A stretch of 63,888 bases of DNA, filler included, from Hyphochytrium catenoides (taxonomy: Eukaryota; Protista; Hyphochytriomycota), in NCBI GenBank assembly GCA_900088475.1. It is 13 parts of 13 records of this genome, joined end to end, with 100 filler letters (N's around TTAATTAATTAA, not from the genome) between each part and the next. Parts side by side here need not be neighbours in the genome. Positions count along the whole stretch, not along the records: positions 2,284 to 23,135 come from FLMG01004643.1; positions 23,236 to 29,966 come from FLMG01002118.1; 11 more parts are not named here. One strand, written 5' to 3'. The position numbers and the translations under genes were made by a program. The notes below the pieces were generated by a model. The model was not told the origin of the DNA. It searched no databases and was given only the letters and a program-made list of their open reading frames with translations. Every line of letters begins with the position of its first letter. Within the stretch, counting starts at the first letter, position 1. This document shows positions 12,509-24,774 of this stretch, piece after piece.

Positions 12509-15500
12509 CTATATCGCTCCACGCGAAGTAAACCAAGCTGTAACGATAAGGGGGAAGGAGATAAAGAAGGTGATTGGCTTCAGAAGAATGGCTTCTGAAC
12601 GGAACAGTGGGAGAAGTAGAGACGGAGGGATGACTGAGGCGAATGGGGCGCTGCCGGCACTATATGTGTCTGCAGAGACTGTTGCCAGCTCTAGAAATGA
12701 TACTGTTGAGACAAAGGAGAACGTCTGGACTTCTGCAAGCTCTGAGGAATAGACTACATCCTCTGTGCCATAAGTCACTCTTGCACCAACGATCTTGCTC
12801 TGGGGGCTGGAATAGCTGCCAATCTCGGCGATCATAATCTCAAGGTTGACTGAAGTCACCTAACAGAGGAGAAACAAAATAGCGTAGCAAACGCCGATGG
12901 TAATGACGAGACAAAAAGTTCATATGAGTCCGAACCAAGCCTTTCTAGGATGGACAAATACAGCGCAAAGCAGTGAAGTAAGAGGCTGCGAGGCAGCTGT
13001 GTTAAGGAGGATCTACAAGGACGAGTGGGTCCTGCACCGACTTACCATACTAGAGCAGGTCCTACTGATAGAGTTATATGTGGTAGAGGGAGAGAGCTTC
13101 ATAACCTCCACCGGCAGCCATTGTGAAACATTGAGTGGATCTGAATTTCCATAGAGTGCTACGTGCGTCTCGCTGAAGAGGAGAAATCCGGGAATTGAGG
13201 TAGAGCAGACCGACTGAAACTCACTTTGAGATAAAGACAAAGAACAAGAGGAGTAGGAGTCCATGCCGAACTTCACAGTCCTCGTCCCGGCGAGAGAGCA
13301 GTCGCCTGAGTCTCTCATCTGGAGTCCAGGGACAATCTCCCCAATAGCTTCCAATTTTGCGTCGGAGACACTGACGAGCTGGCCCCCACGGACCGGTGAC
13401 CCCAGGAGGTATCCGGGATTCCCTGACCTCTTGACAGGAGATGAGAGACTATAGTTTCTCGTCCTAATAGGTCAATGGTAAGCCGTGATGTAAAGCGCGG
13501 AGAGCACAGGTCAACGGTAAAGTGTGATTGGAAGAGAAGAGGTGAGATAGGGAAGGAGTGAGATTGGGACAGGATGACTTGCCAAGAACCAATGAAAAGG
13601 GCTGTGTTAGACTGTGACCTGAATTCGATCCCAAAGAACTGTTTCACAGCGGCATAACCGCTGGATGTGTTGGTGATATTCGTAAGATAGGCTGTGGCGC
13701 TCGCGTTGATAATAGAGCCAATACCATCCCAGTATATGAGGTACGAGACCTATGGAATCGTTAGGGCCATGTAGCTGAACAACAGAGAGAGCGAAAACGA
13801 AACGACGGAGAGCCGTAACACTAAGGAAGAGTGAGTGGTCGCTTTCTCAGGAGCCCTGTAGACGGCGCAAGGGTTGAGGAGCAAGAGATGATCTTTGGGG
13901 ATGCACTCTCGAAGGTTCTAAAAAGGACTTTACCCCAACAAGACTGTTTGTGCACAGTGACGAAGCAGAGTTCCACGTAGGTGGTCCTTTAACGAATGGT
14001 GAGGCTGCCTTGGTAACTTCGTTCGTGACTTGATCCACATAGTACACAGAGTCCTGGAGGTAGAGACATTCAGGTGCTGACGGACAGAAGCTAACGTTCG
14101 AGAAGAAACAGGGCCAGGAACGTAGACAGCAGGGAGACAGCGCAAGAAAGAAAGGATACGTGCGAGAAGGTATAGGTGATCCGGACGAGCGGAAAGACAC
14201 ATATCAAGATGAACGACTGGCCTAAGCAGAAGGATACCAGCGACACGGTGATAGCGTTTCCGCCGCTTGCACTGCTGGTTGTGACAGATGGTTTTGCTCC
14301 GAGTAGTATTGAGAGAAAGGGTTCCATAGAGAATAGAGATGTGCACTCCTTCTTGAGTTGCTTTGTCACCCTATAGCAGGTGCTCTCGCCTCTCTCTACA
14401 GCTAACCCAAACTTTACAGGATTGCTGTCTGAACACTGAAGACCGCCAAAAGAAGGAGTTGGAAGGATCATATGCCCAGAAAATGCACTTCGCAGAGAGC
14501 CATCCGCTGCAGTTCTGAAGACCTAAAGTGGGATGTTAACCCAATTGCTGAAGAGCCAGTTCAGGCAGTGAAATGGGCATTGGAAAGGACAATTGCTTAT
14601 CTGGACCGATACTAGAAGACAGAAAGGGTAAAAGTTGCACGCCTCCAGCAGCACTTACGGGGATTTTGCTGCCAACAGTGTAAATCTCAGACTTCAGTGA
14701 CGAGGGCTGAGATCCCGCAGTCTAAGCAGCAGTCACGCAGGGACAGGGGGACACCTTAGAGTTAGGCGCGGAAATGATATATACAGAGGCGAAAAGAGGA
14801 AAGAACCTACCGGCTGGTAAGAAGGAACCCCGTCAAAGGAGCTGAAGGCCGAAAGTGGCTGTATGCCCGGATCAAGGAGCTGCTGAGAGATCAGGTTGCT
14901 GTTGTCAATCACGACGCAGAGCATACTCGTCACCACGTCGGTGGATTGCTCCAGCCGCATCCTTAAGGGAGAGTATCAGTCAAGGCGTAGAAAGTGGTAT
15001 CAGAGTGGCACGACCAAGAAGTTGCCTAAAGTAAACTTCTTTCCAACGTTTGCTAACTCGAAGGGAAAGAGCACTATCGAAAGGGGAACGCGTCCACTAG
15101 ACCCACCGCACAAGGGGAGATTCACACAGAGAGAAGAAGGAAGAGACAGCACTGACAATGGGCCGCCACAACACTTTCAGCGGCATGAAGGATTTGCCTT
15201 TCTCTCACCTGTATTTGGGGTTGATTGTGGCAAGTGAAGAGCTGTTCGAACAATAGACAGTGCCAGATGATGAAGGCTTGTTATCCAGACAAGAGCCGCT
15301 GCTTCTGGCCGCAGATACCGCTTCTGAGGAGCACTGCATTTGCGTCGTCAGCATAACTTTCCACGTATATGAGAGTGCCCACAGCATGGGCATTGAGAAG
15401 CTCCATCAAGTGGGGAAGGTGAACACATAGACTGAAGGACATTGAAGGATAGCGAGGGAGAGGGAGACCAAAGAGAGAGAAAGAGAGACAGGTATATCTA

Positions 15501-16411
15501 CGAGGAAGGAGTTGCATCAAGAGGATGGCAGAGATAACGAGTGTGAAGAAGAGCTTAATGGCATTGGTATCAATGAGTCGGGAGAGACAGGCAATCTAGT
15601 ACCTTTGCATCGCAGCAGCAATTGGGGTCACAGTCATTGGGGTCTAGATCACACATACAGGGACATTCAAAAGCGGTGCATTCACCCCTACAAGTGTACA
15701 ATGCAGTCAGCAAAGGTCATGGCAGAGAACAGAGGGTCAACTTCCCCGTACTTGGACGTAGCAAGACATCGACATGCCGGTGGAACACCCGGCACAAATG
15801 GTGAGGCATCCGACTGCGCGCTCAGTGAAGGAGGCTCAGCCCTAGACACAGGATACAAAAAAGTATCTTCCGCCTTCAACAGGTAGGGTCAGCCGTTCCA
15901 TCATGACAAGTGGAGGGAGGCCAGCCATGAGGTTTCTGCAGCTTACCAAGGCGGTTGACAGCGTCCGTGCCAACCCAAGGGCTAAAATGGCCACAGTAAC
16001 CCTAGGCATCTGCTCATCGATGTCACAGCTTCGTCCTCCAAGGTCAGTCGTCTCTCTTCAGCAGCTGCTACCCGCGAAGTGTATGTCTTGCTGGAGGCTA
16101 GGACTAGGTCTGCCGAAGAAGGACGGACCTTGCAGGTGCCTATCTCTCTAGCCTATCTAATTCTCCCGCGGAAGTCCTGCTCTGCCCTTGCTCAACTCTT
16201 CCCACTGTTCCTTTAATCACAACCCAGCAGGTGTGCAGCTCTGGAGCTCATTAGTCCTGGCTCGCCTATCTTGCGCTGCATGTTCTAGGAAGAAGTTGTT
16301 GATAGTAGCGCCCAGGGCGCGGGCAAGCGGCAGCGGCAGCAGCTGCAGAAGCAGCGGCAGCAGTAGGGGAAGTACCACCAGAAACGAAAGGGCACATCTG
16401 AAAAAAGGCAT
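12509..16411 (-). CDS. Tectonic family ciliary transition-zone protein
   Basis: Signal peptide MPFFRCALSFLVVLPLLL, then CPCMCDLDPNDCDPNCCCDAKC (about 15600-15670), LCVVIDNS, RSGNPGYLLGSPVR, and FVSTVSF before a hydrophobic C-terminal tail. Many GT-AG introns. Confidence 0.88.
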
Positions 16412-16908
16412 GAAGAACGACAGCAACTCTCATGATAACTAAAAGAAAAGCATATCTGATAACCGATTCGTTATTGAGGCGGTAACGGCCTGGATGAATG
16501 GAGAGAGCCAGAAAGAGTCAGTAAGGCACTATAGCAGAGCTCTATCAAGGGATTCACTGGTTTGTACAGAACTCTTTTATATGAGAATGCTATGGGATGG
16601 GAGTAGTTCCTCCTACGGCTAGGATCCTGGTTCTACGTGCTAGCTGTGCATCTATGCGTCGGGAACTATGTCTGTCACAATCCCAGAGCGCGGCCCTTAT
16701 AGTGTCACTCCATCTTTAAAGCTGCGCCGCACAGTTCGTGTCTTCAGTGTTATTGTTTAAGGTGGGTGCTATGGAACTAGATAGGAGAGTCAAGAAGAGG
16801 CAATGATTGCCTTTTAACGGCTTCTCACATGCAGGGTTCAACTTCCTGATCATAGTTGTTGCCTGACTCAACCTTGATGCACTGCAATACTTAAACACGC
16901 CTAGAAGT

Positions 16909-17958
16909 TCAGGTAGATGAGGGTACAGTCTGAAATAAAAGGCCTTGCAGATAGCTTTTTGTCCGTTGGAAGGCATCTTCACAGTCTCTGGCAACGTCCT
17001 CTAAGGACAAATCCCCCCGTATGGTCCAGCCATGCCTCATGGCAGGATAGGTGTCATAGACACAGAGGTGACCAAAAGCCGACATGTCCAGCACCTCCTT
17101 TATAGGCTCCAACGGCGCATCGTTGCCAGCATTCAGGAACATCAATGGTGATTTGGCCTCTCCAGCCATTTCCGGAGTAATGCGTGAGGGGTGAAGGGCC
17201 ACGCCAGCCCGGATCTCAGGGAATTTGGCAGCACGAAGCGACATCTAAAGGGCCGATCATCTGAGCTCAACAAGGACGATTCCCCATTATTAATCTTCTC
17301 TTACCTGACCTCCCCAGCAGAAGCCGACCGTCCCAATCTGGCTAAGGCCCAAGGACTTGAGGAAAGGAAGGAGCGTCCCTAAGTCATTGTAGCCACTGAG
17401 ATCTGTTTCTTTCCTGGCAGTTGAGATGTGCTTTCAGCCAAGATACCTGATAGCTCAGCCTCCACCAAGTGACCCGCCCCATCACTCTGCATCCACGTGG
17501 TCAGCGCGGAAGGATCCTTTAAGGGAAAGTCCTTCTCATCCCATGGCTTCCCTTGAGGGAGGAGGACGGTGAGCAATGGGCACATACTAAACACCGTGGA
17601 GCTGAGGACGAGAGTAAAGAGAGCACAGGGTTCCCTAACTTACCATGAAAGAAGTCTGGCAGGAGCACCAAGAGATCCAACGCTGCAAGACGGTCACTCC
17701 ATGCGCGAATCCTATCCAAAGGCAGCAGTATCAACATCAGGTGTAGCTAATACTCAGCGGCCGAGAAAGGTCTCTACTAGCTACTGATATTATGCACCTT
17801 CCCGAGTCCCAGCCAAATATATCGTGGAACACTATAACAGCAGCCTTGGCCGCTGTCTCGCCTGTTACGTAGACGTCGAGGCCTCCAATCTTCTCAATTC
17901 GGCCTGTACTGCCGCCGGGCTGGGCCGCCTGAAGGGCATCAGGAGGACAACAGCTCAT
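16909..17958 (-). CDS. Dienelactone hydrolase family protein (CMBL-like)
   Basis: MSCCPP..IGGLDVYVTG..VIVFHDIFG, VLLPDFFHG, nucleophile GFCWGG (about 17310-17327), AGND and HGWTIRGD, with short introns. Confidence 0.92.
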
Positions 17959-19285
17959 GAGTAGTTCACGTCGTTTAGGTGGTGGTTGTATATGAGACGA
18001 GATCTAGCTCCCCAAAGGTCTAAAGTGCGCCTGCTAAGCTCTCCTTTGTGGTAAGAGGACACCAAGAGGAGAGCAACTCAGCAATAATGTCAGCGCGAAG
18101 ATGGGAGGCCAAGCTTGGAGGAGGCTAAGCAATGCCCATCATGAAGAGGTTCAGCAAGCTCCTTAGCAGCAAAACATGTTGGCTCCTTGGCAGCATGTTT
18201 GTCGTTAGCGGTAGTTAGATTGGTTCTGACCCAAGTTCAATTCGACACCTGTTATTATCACTGACAGTTTCTTCTCTTGGTGATGACAGCTGATCTTGCT
18301 GAGGACTGAACGGTCATTCTTGGCTTGGTCGGCTTTCTAGTGGGCGTGTGAGCTGAGCCGGGCGGGCAATGTGGGTGCACATGTAGTGCCTTGCTTCAAG
18401 CTGCATTGAGACTTCATGCTTAGTTTACCACCACGGGTACGCCAACACCTGGTACGACTTGTTGATCATTACATTCACTAACTGTTGCCTCATCACGGAC
18501 GGAGGGGAAAAGGACTCCATCTACAGCTGGTCATCGTGTTGAGGCGAAAGGTTCTATTGTCCTCTGTGGCATGAGGATGATGGTACTATTGGGCGCCGCT
18601 GACACATATATGCCCCTCGTCGCACGCAAAAGGTGGAAGTGACCTGCATTGATTGTCAGCTTAGGGACAGTTTGTCACCGCTTCGGCCTGGTCTTATAGC
18701 CGCAACAGCTTCACCGCTGATAATGTTGAGTGCGCTGCACCTGCGCCGTTAGTGTCGTCCAGCAATATATCCAAATGTTGCCTCAGACACAACTGTTGGT
18801 TGTCAGCTCTTCTGACCCTCAGCAGGTGCAGAGAGGAGGAGTCTCTTCAAAGCTTTACCGAACACAGCCATCGCATCACTCTCCGCTCAAGGCTTTCATT
18901 GTTGCTGGGTCCTTTCCAAGCTGTGTCCTCTTTTTCCTGGCGACCCCTCCATGGTAATAGCGATGTCCACTTATAATGAAAACCATGGTCATCTCACCAC
19001 TCGTTACGCGATATTCTCATTCTTGCATATATAACGGCAAAGTCCAACAAGAAGGTCGCGGATCCAATGCCTCACAAACTCTTGACTGACCTATGATGAA
19101 GGAGAAATCCACAACCTACAGCGCACAGACTGATACCCAGTATGCTGTCAATCTGACGGCGATAGCCAAGAAGAGCAGGCACTGCAAGAAGGCTAGACTT
19201 TCTTTTCGCATACTGGTGACCTAAGGAGAACACATGACTCACGCATAGGAGACTGCACTCTCTCCGATCGCCCGGGTCTCACTCC

Positions 19286-19640
19286 CTACTCTGCAGCTAC
19301 GCTGTACATTGCCTCAATGTTGTCAGCGTATTTGTCTGCGACAACCGAGCGCTTCAGCTTGTGGGTAGGCGTTATCTCGCCGCCAAGGACTGTGAAGTCA
19401 TTGTCAATGATGGTCCACTTGTTCACTCTCTCGGCGTGAGAGGTCAACTTCCTGTTGGCTCTCTTAACGGCATCATCGATGTAATTCTTCAATTTCTGGC
19501 AATTCTTTACCTCCTGTACTTTTATGGCTTCTGACCTGTCCCAGCGTCAAGATTGATTCGCATCCCTCATAGACAGGGACAGAAAAGTTCTTGGCCTCCT
19601 CTGGCACTTCTCCGTTGTAGATGACGAGCTTGAGAGATAC
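19286..19640 (-). pseudogene. Fragment of a bubblegum-type long-chain acyl-CoA synthetase with a large internal deletion
   Basis: C-terminal NDFTVLGGEITPTHKLKRSVVADKYADNIEAMY is joined out of frame to an N-terminal-like piece LKLVIYNGEVPEEAKNFSVPVY. No AMP-binding core in between or upstream. Confidence 0.7.
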
Positions 19641-20389
19641 CTTGCCTACTCTATTATTAAGATCATCATACACAGACGTCCATCTCATCTTCAACACGCG
19701 GCATGAAGAATGGGAAGGCGTTCTATTAACGAACCAATAAGGCTTCACTCCTCATTCTCCGGAGGTTCCTTCATATGTCGGCTGCGATTTCTTAGCAAGA
19801 TGAAGGGCGAAATCACGGCCACTATATTGATATCGGTATTACTTTCCTTGCCATGTCACGATACTCAAAGCTTAATGTCACACTTCTCCTTCGAGACGAA
19901 GACAGCTTAGCACGGTATCTTAAAACAAGCAGAGGCACAAGTCGCAGCGATAAGTATGACCACCCCATCACCATGTTGTTGGTGGTGTCAATGACAGTTT
20001 ATTTTGTCACTATTCAGAAGACTGCATCCCCATTTTCTACTCTTCAACTACCATGGCTCCTTCTTACTGCTAGTCGTAGTGTCGTCAGCCATCTGTCTGA
20101 TTCGCACCTCGTCACCACCATTCGTCTCCCATGTCCTAGCTTCTTGTCTCTTCTCTTTCTCCTCACTCTATCTTGGTTGGTACGAAGCAACAGATATTGG
20201 ATGGTGACCCGAGGAGGCGTGGTAATAGAGTGGCAGTAGTATCACTGGAGGGAGAAGTCGGTTGGGACCTGCTTCTTGTGTGCCGTCTAGCTGAGGATGT
20301 ACCCTCTTCACTTCTGGTACTACATAGATAGTGTTCGATCGTCTATCGTCCTCTTCCCACTCTCAAGGCTTCAACATTTGTCTTTCAAT

Positions 20390-20695
20390 CTAATTGGCAG
20401 ACGGTGCTGCTGATGAGGCTCTTTGTATAGACTCCAGCCTTTCCTTGTGATCCGTCAGTCGCTCGATTTCCTCAATGGCAACTTTCTTACGTTTAATGGA
20501 CTGCTCCAGGAGTCGTATTTTGCGTTCCAGTTGGCCACGCGCATCGGGGTCCGTTGTATGTGACTCGCGTGACCTTAGTTCTGTTATTAGTGTCTCCAAA
20601 CCCGTTATACGAGTCTCCCTCACAGACGGATCTCCCAATGCATCTAGCTTCCTTTGTACATTCTGTAGCGCTCTGCGGTGTGGCGATGCCATCAT
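20390..20695 (-). CDS. Small intronless coiled-coil protein, unknown function
   Basis: 101-aa ATG-initiated ORF with a heptad-like charged helical pattern (LERKIRLLEQSIKRKKVAIEEIERL). Confidence 0.45.
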   Translation of the reverse strand: MMASPHRRALQNVQRKLDALGDPSVRETRITGLETLITELRSRESHTTDPDARGQLERKIRLLEQSIKRKKVAIEEIERLTDHKERLESIQRASSAAPSAN

Positions 20696-21643
20696 GACTT
20701 TCCCAACACGACCGTAATACGCCAGCAGATTGCAGCATCTGGAACCGTCTCCCTTCGACTCCTAAGATGGGTTTTCACCGATCACTGATGTCCTCAGACT
20801 TCACTGAGAGAAAGGATGTCTCATGACGCCCAACAACGAAGAGGGGAAGCTTCAAAGTAAGCTTCCTTTGCTCTAGTTGCGCCATCGTTGGTGCAGTGCC
20901 TTGGCGGCCGCGTTCTGTGTGTTCTGTGGCAGAAGAGGCAAAGAGAGAACGAAGAACGAGCTTCCAGGTGTTTTGCAGTGACACTGTGATCATTGCCATT
21001 GCCACCACTAATGCTCGATATAGGCAATACATAGTACGGACGTGGCACTTAAGATACGTTCATATCCCAAATACTCGTAGATACAATCATTCTCAAATCT
21101 TTGTCTTCAAAGGGAAAATAACGTTCGCTGAGTGGTTGTCTTTGTGCGTATCGGTGTTCGATACTTGGCTTCGATAGAGGTAAATCCCTGTACACCTCTC
21201 ACACATTCCGCACCTTCTGGACCTCATACTCCTCGTAGGTGTATCTTTGCAGCGGATTTCTTGTCCAAACTCCCACTGGCGCTGCGATGAGTTCTTTAGA
21301 AAGATCCCCCTTTCATTCAGACGAACATCATTGGAGACGAACATCATTGGAAGATAAACTCCAAGGCTCACCAACACCGACAGCCATCAATAGCCATCAT
21401 TGGCTTACAAAGAAAGGAGATGTAAAAGAGCTCAAATGATTGGACCATCTTTTTATTACCGAAGTCTGATTGGTTAGGATCTGCTGAGACTGCATAAGGT
21501 AGTTTCCAAACTGAATACAAATTCAAAGATTCAAATGGTCAAAGAGTGCATTGAGATCTCGGAGGTGCGAAAGCAGGTCAACTTCAAAAGGTCATAGCAT
21601 CAGCCTCCTCTGATCTGGTGACTACCAACCCCCACCCCTCGCC

Positions 21644-21698
21644 GTCAAAGCAATGATCGGCGCCACTCAGGTCAAAGCAATGATCGGCGCCACTCAGG
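21644..21698 (+). repeat. 27-bp tandem duplication
   Basis: GTCAAAGCAATGATCGGCGCCACTCAG twice, with a partial third copy near 21758. Confidence 0.85.
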
Positions 21699-22081
21699 TC
21701 GCCCCTGTGTCTCTTCTGTCGCCGTCGAATGCAGGACAACATAGATCAGCGCCAAACATCGGCGCCACTCAGGCTGTATCTTCACCTTCAGAAAGACCTG
21801 TAATACTTCTCTTCATTAACCTCCTCATTACGATGTCACTGCCACTGCTTCTGCCCAAAGAGAAGAGGCTGTTGATGCCCTTTTCCTATTCTACATTAAC
21901 AGCTCTCCCACCACCTTTTTCCCGCTCTACCTTTTCCACCACCAACCCTAACTCTTCCTTCTTTCCCATTGCTGGGCTCCGTGTCTCCTGTCCCTCCGGC
22001 GACAGCTGCGGTCCCTCCCCCAACAACAGCTGCAGTGTCGGTAACTGCAATCGTCCCTCCCCCAACACCAGCAGTGTCGGT

Positions 22082-22565
22082 CTCTCCTGCGGCAACTGCA
22101 TCAGCGGCAGTGGCGGCGATGTCATGCGGCAACTGCAGTGTCTTCTGCGGCAACTGCATCAGCGGCAGTGGCGATGTCTCCTGCGGCAACTGCAGTGTCT
22201 TCTGCGGCAACTGCATCAGCGGCGAAGTCTCCTGCGGCAACTGCAACAGCGGCAGTGGCGTCTCCTGCGGCAACTGCATCAGCGGCAGTGGCGATGTCTC
22301 CTGCAGCAGCTGCATCAGGGGCAGTGGCGATGTCTCCTGCGGCAACTGCATCAGCGGCAGTGGCTGTGTCTCCTGTCTGTGAAGCTGACCCAGAAGGAAT
22401 GCCCCTTGGGCCTTTTCAGAGCGACAACGAAGCCTTCATAGCAGTAAAGACATCGGCAGTGGAGAGACAGTGTTATGACAGCGGCAGTGGCGATGTCTCC
22501 TGCGGCAACTGCATCAGCGGCAGTGGCGATGTCTCCTGCGGCAACTGCAACAGCGGCAATGGCAG
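22082..22565 (+). repeat. 36-bp minisatellite (AATASAAVAMSP-coding) with shorter variants
   Basis: Repeated GCGGCAACTGCATCAGCGGCAGTGGCGATGTCTCCT, about 10 copies. An approximately 80-bp block is also duplicated at about 22373-22452 and 22573-22652. Confidence 0.9.
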
Positions 22566-23135
22566 TGTCTTCTGTCTGTGAAGCTGACCCAGAAGTCATG
22601 CCCCTTGGGCCTTTTCAAAGCGACAACGAAGCCTTCATAGCAGTAAAGACATGGGCCAGATCCAAAGGTTTTGGCGTCATAAAGGGTTGGAAGAAAAACA
22701 GCTCCCAGCTCGTCTTTTGGCACTGCTATGGTACTTATAGACCAAAGGAGGATTCCAGAAAAGGTACTAAGAAAACCGGGTGCATGTGGCGTACCAAAAT
22801 TTACTTCTGCAGAGCGTCACACACGTACTCAGTACGGCGGTGTGCGGATAAAGAACGATGGGTTCACAAGGGGCACCCATTACTGAGCCAGGAGAAGCTT
22901 TGCGTAGCGGCTGCCTCTGTAAAGGAGCTATGCAACGATGACATAGAATTCCTCAAGGATCCAAAGAATCTGTTCAGCCCTTTTTCTGCATATCGGGCCC
23001 CGAGGGTGCTAAGTACAGCTCTTGGGGTAGAACCGCCACGGCATGCGTCCTTGAGGAATTCTACGTCATCGTTGCATAGCTCCTTTACAGAGGCAGCCGC
23101 TACGCAAAGCTTCTCCTGGCTCAGTAATGGGTGCC
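22475..23135 (+). mobile_element. Mutator (MULE)/FAR1-type transposase N-terminal DNA-binding domain, truncated
   Basis: FQSDNEAFIAVKTWARSKGFGV..C.G.YR..TKKTGCMW..W.HKGHP matches the FAR1/WRKY-GCM1-like domain. The DDE domain is not reached. Confidence 0.75.
22872..23135. repeat. 88-bp inverted repeat (fold-back) with 88-bp spacer
   Basis: 22872-22959 is the reverse complement of 23048-23135 with one mismatch, and the right arm runs into the contig end. Confidence 0.95.
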
Positions 23136-23479
23136 NNNNNNNNNNNNNNNNNNNNNNNNNNNNNNNNNNNNNNNNNNNNTTAATTAATTAANNNNNNNNN
23201 NNNNNNNNNNNNNNNNNNNNNNNNNNNNNNNNNNNCTCTCTCTCTCTCTCTCTCTCTTCATCAAGTAGCTCTCTTCTTTCTCTCCTCCCCCTTCCCTTCC
23301 TAACATTTATCTAGGAGAGAAACCCGGACTCCAGGGGGCGTTCTCCATCCGCTGAGTTCCGGGGGGAGGACTGGGATAGGCTTCTCCTGTTGGTTTCTTG
23401 TGCCCTTTCTCGTCTCAGATTTCCCGTTGTTCTTCTGTCTTTTGGGCGGCGTGGCGGCGGCCGCGGCGCTTGAAGACAT

Positions 23480-23511
<32 letters not shown>

Positions 23512-24058
23512 ATCGTTGCATCTCTTGCTTCGTCCTTGNNNNNNNNNNNNNNNNNNNNNNNNNNNNNNNNNNNNNNNNNNNNNNNNNNNNNNNNNNNNNN
23601 NNTTCGTCCTTGTCCTTGTCCTTCTGAGCTCTAAGCCTCTTCAGCGGCGCTTGAAGACATTCTCCCTCTCTCTTACCGTTGCATCTCTTGCTTCGTCCTC
23701 GTCCTTGTCCTTTTGATCTCTAAGCCTCTTCTCTCTCTTCGTCAGCTCTACGAATATTCTATGTAGGATATGAGTGGGGCAACAGGAAGAGGAGGGAAGA
23801 AGCTCCCAGTTGTCATCATCCCTTCACCCGGATGCTCTCCGTAGCTCTCGCTCTTTGCCCTGTGGTTCCTGGTCCTCTCCTTCTCATTCTCTCTGTCTCC
23901 TATGTTACACATGCTCTCTCTTTCTTGCCATCCTGTGCCTCTGGCGCTTAAAGAGCTGCGATCCACTGCAGTGGTTGACGCCTTCCCTTTGTCTCCTCCT
24001 TCTCTGGTGCGTCTGTGATCTCTTGTGCCACTTCTTCACTCCCACCTTTCATCTCTCG

Positions 24059-24741
24059 ATGTCGCTTACCGTGAGAGAGAAGTTATTGAAGAAGAAAGAT
24101 CCCAGCAGCGGACAACCCTTGCATGTGCGCGTGCTGGAGAAAGATGAAGCGGAGAAGAAGTTCTCCCTTTCAATAATTGATGACTCTGGGGCTCTCTCGG
24201 ACATTACTTCCGTGCTTTATGAGATTGACGTGCAGAATTGTAGAGTTAGGAAGATGAAGGTGAGGGACGGGGATGAGAGGAGTGAGAGGGGTGAAGAAGA
24301 CCATTGAGTAGAGTGTACCAAAAGCAACAGAGAGAGAGAGAGAGAGAAAAAAAAAGGGGGTGGTGGCCTGAGAGAAGGAAGAGGCGCGAGAGAAGAGAGT
24401 GAGTAAGTGAGTGAGTGAGAAAGAGAGACAGAGAGAGAGAGACAGAGAGAGAGAGACAGAGAGAGAGAGAGAAAGAGAGGGAGAGAAAGAGAGGGAGAAA
24501 AAGAGAGAGAGAGAGAGGGAGGGAGAGAGAGGAAAGAGAGAGAGAGAGAGAGAAAGAGAAATAGGAAGAGCCGGGTACAGAAGAGAAAGGAAGACAACGC
24601 CCACCGCCGAGAATGAAGGACAAGGGGGGAGGGGGTGCCGTAGGGTAACGTAGGTAGCTCACACTCATTATCTCTTCTTCTCCCTTCAGTCTCTCTTCTT
24701 CGCCTCTCGAATCTTTGTCGATGTGTCCGTCTCTAATTTTG

Positions 24742-24774
<33 letters not shown>

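Noticed and set aside
18199-18250. tRNA-like GTTCAATTC with TGTCG/CGACA ends
   Set aside because: Too short and no T-stem or anticodon arm can be formed.
21969-22382. Cys-rich metallothionein-like protein (CGNCISG repeats)
   Set aside because: An alternative frame of the 36-bp minisatellite; the Ala-rich frame is the one joined to the transposase domain.
23460-23735. Duplicated GCGGCGCTTGAAGACATTCTC.. block
   Set aside because: The copies straddle an internal N gap and cannot be told from a scaffolding overlap.
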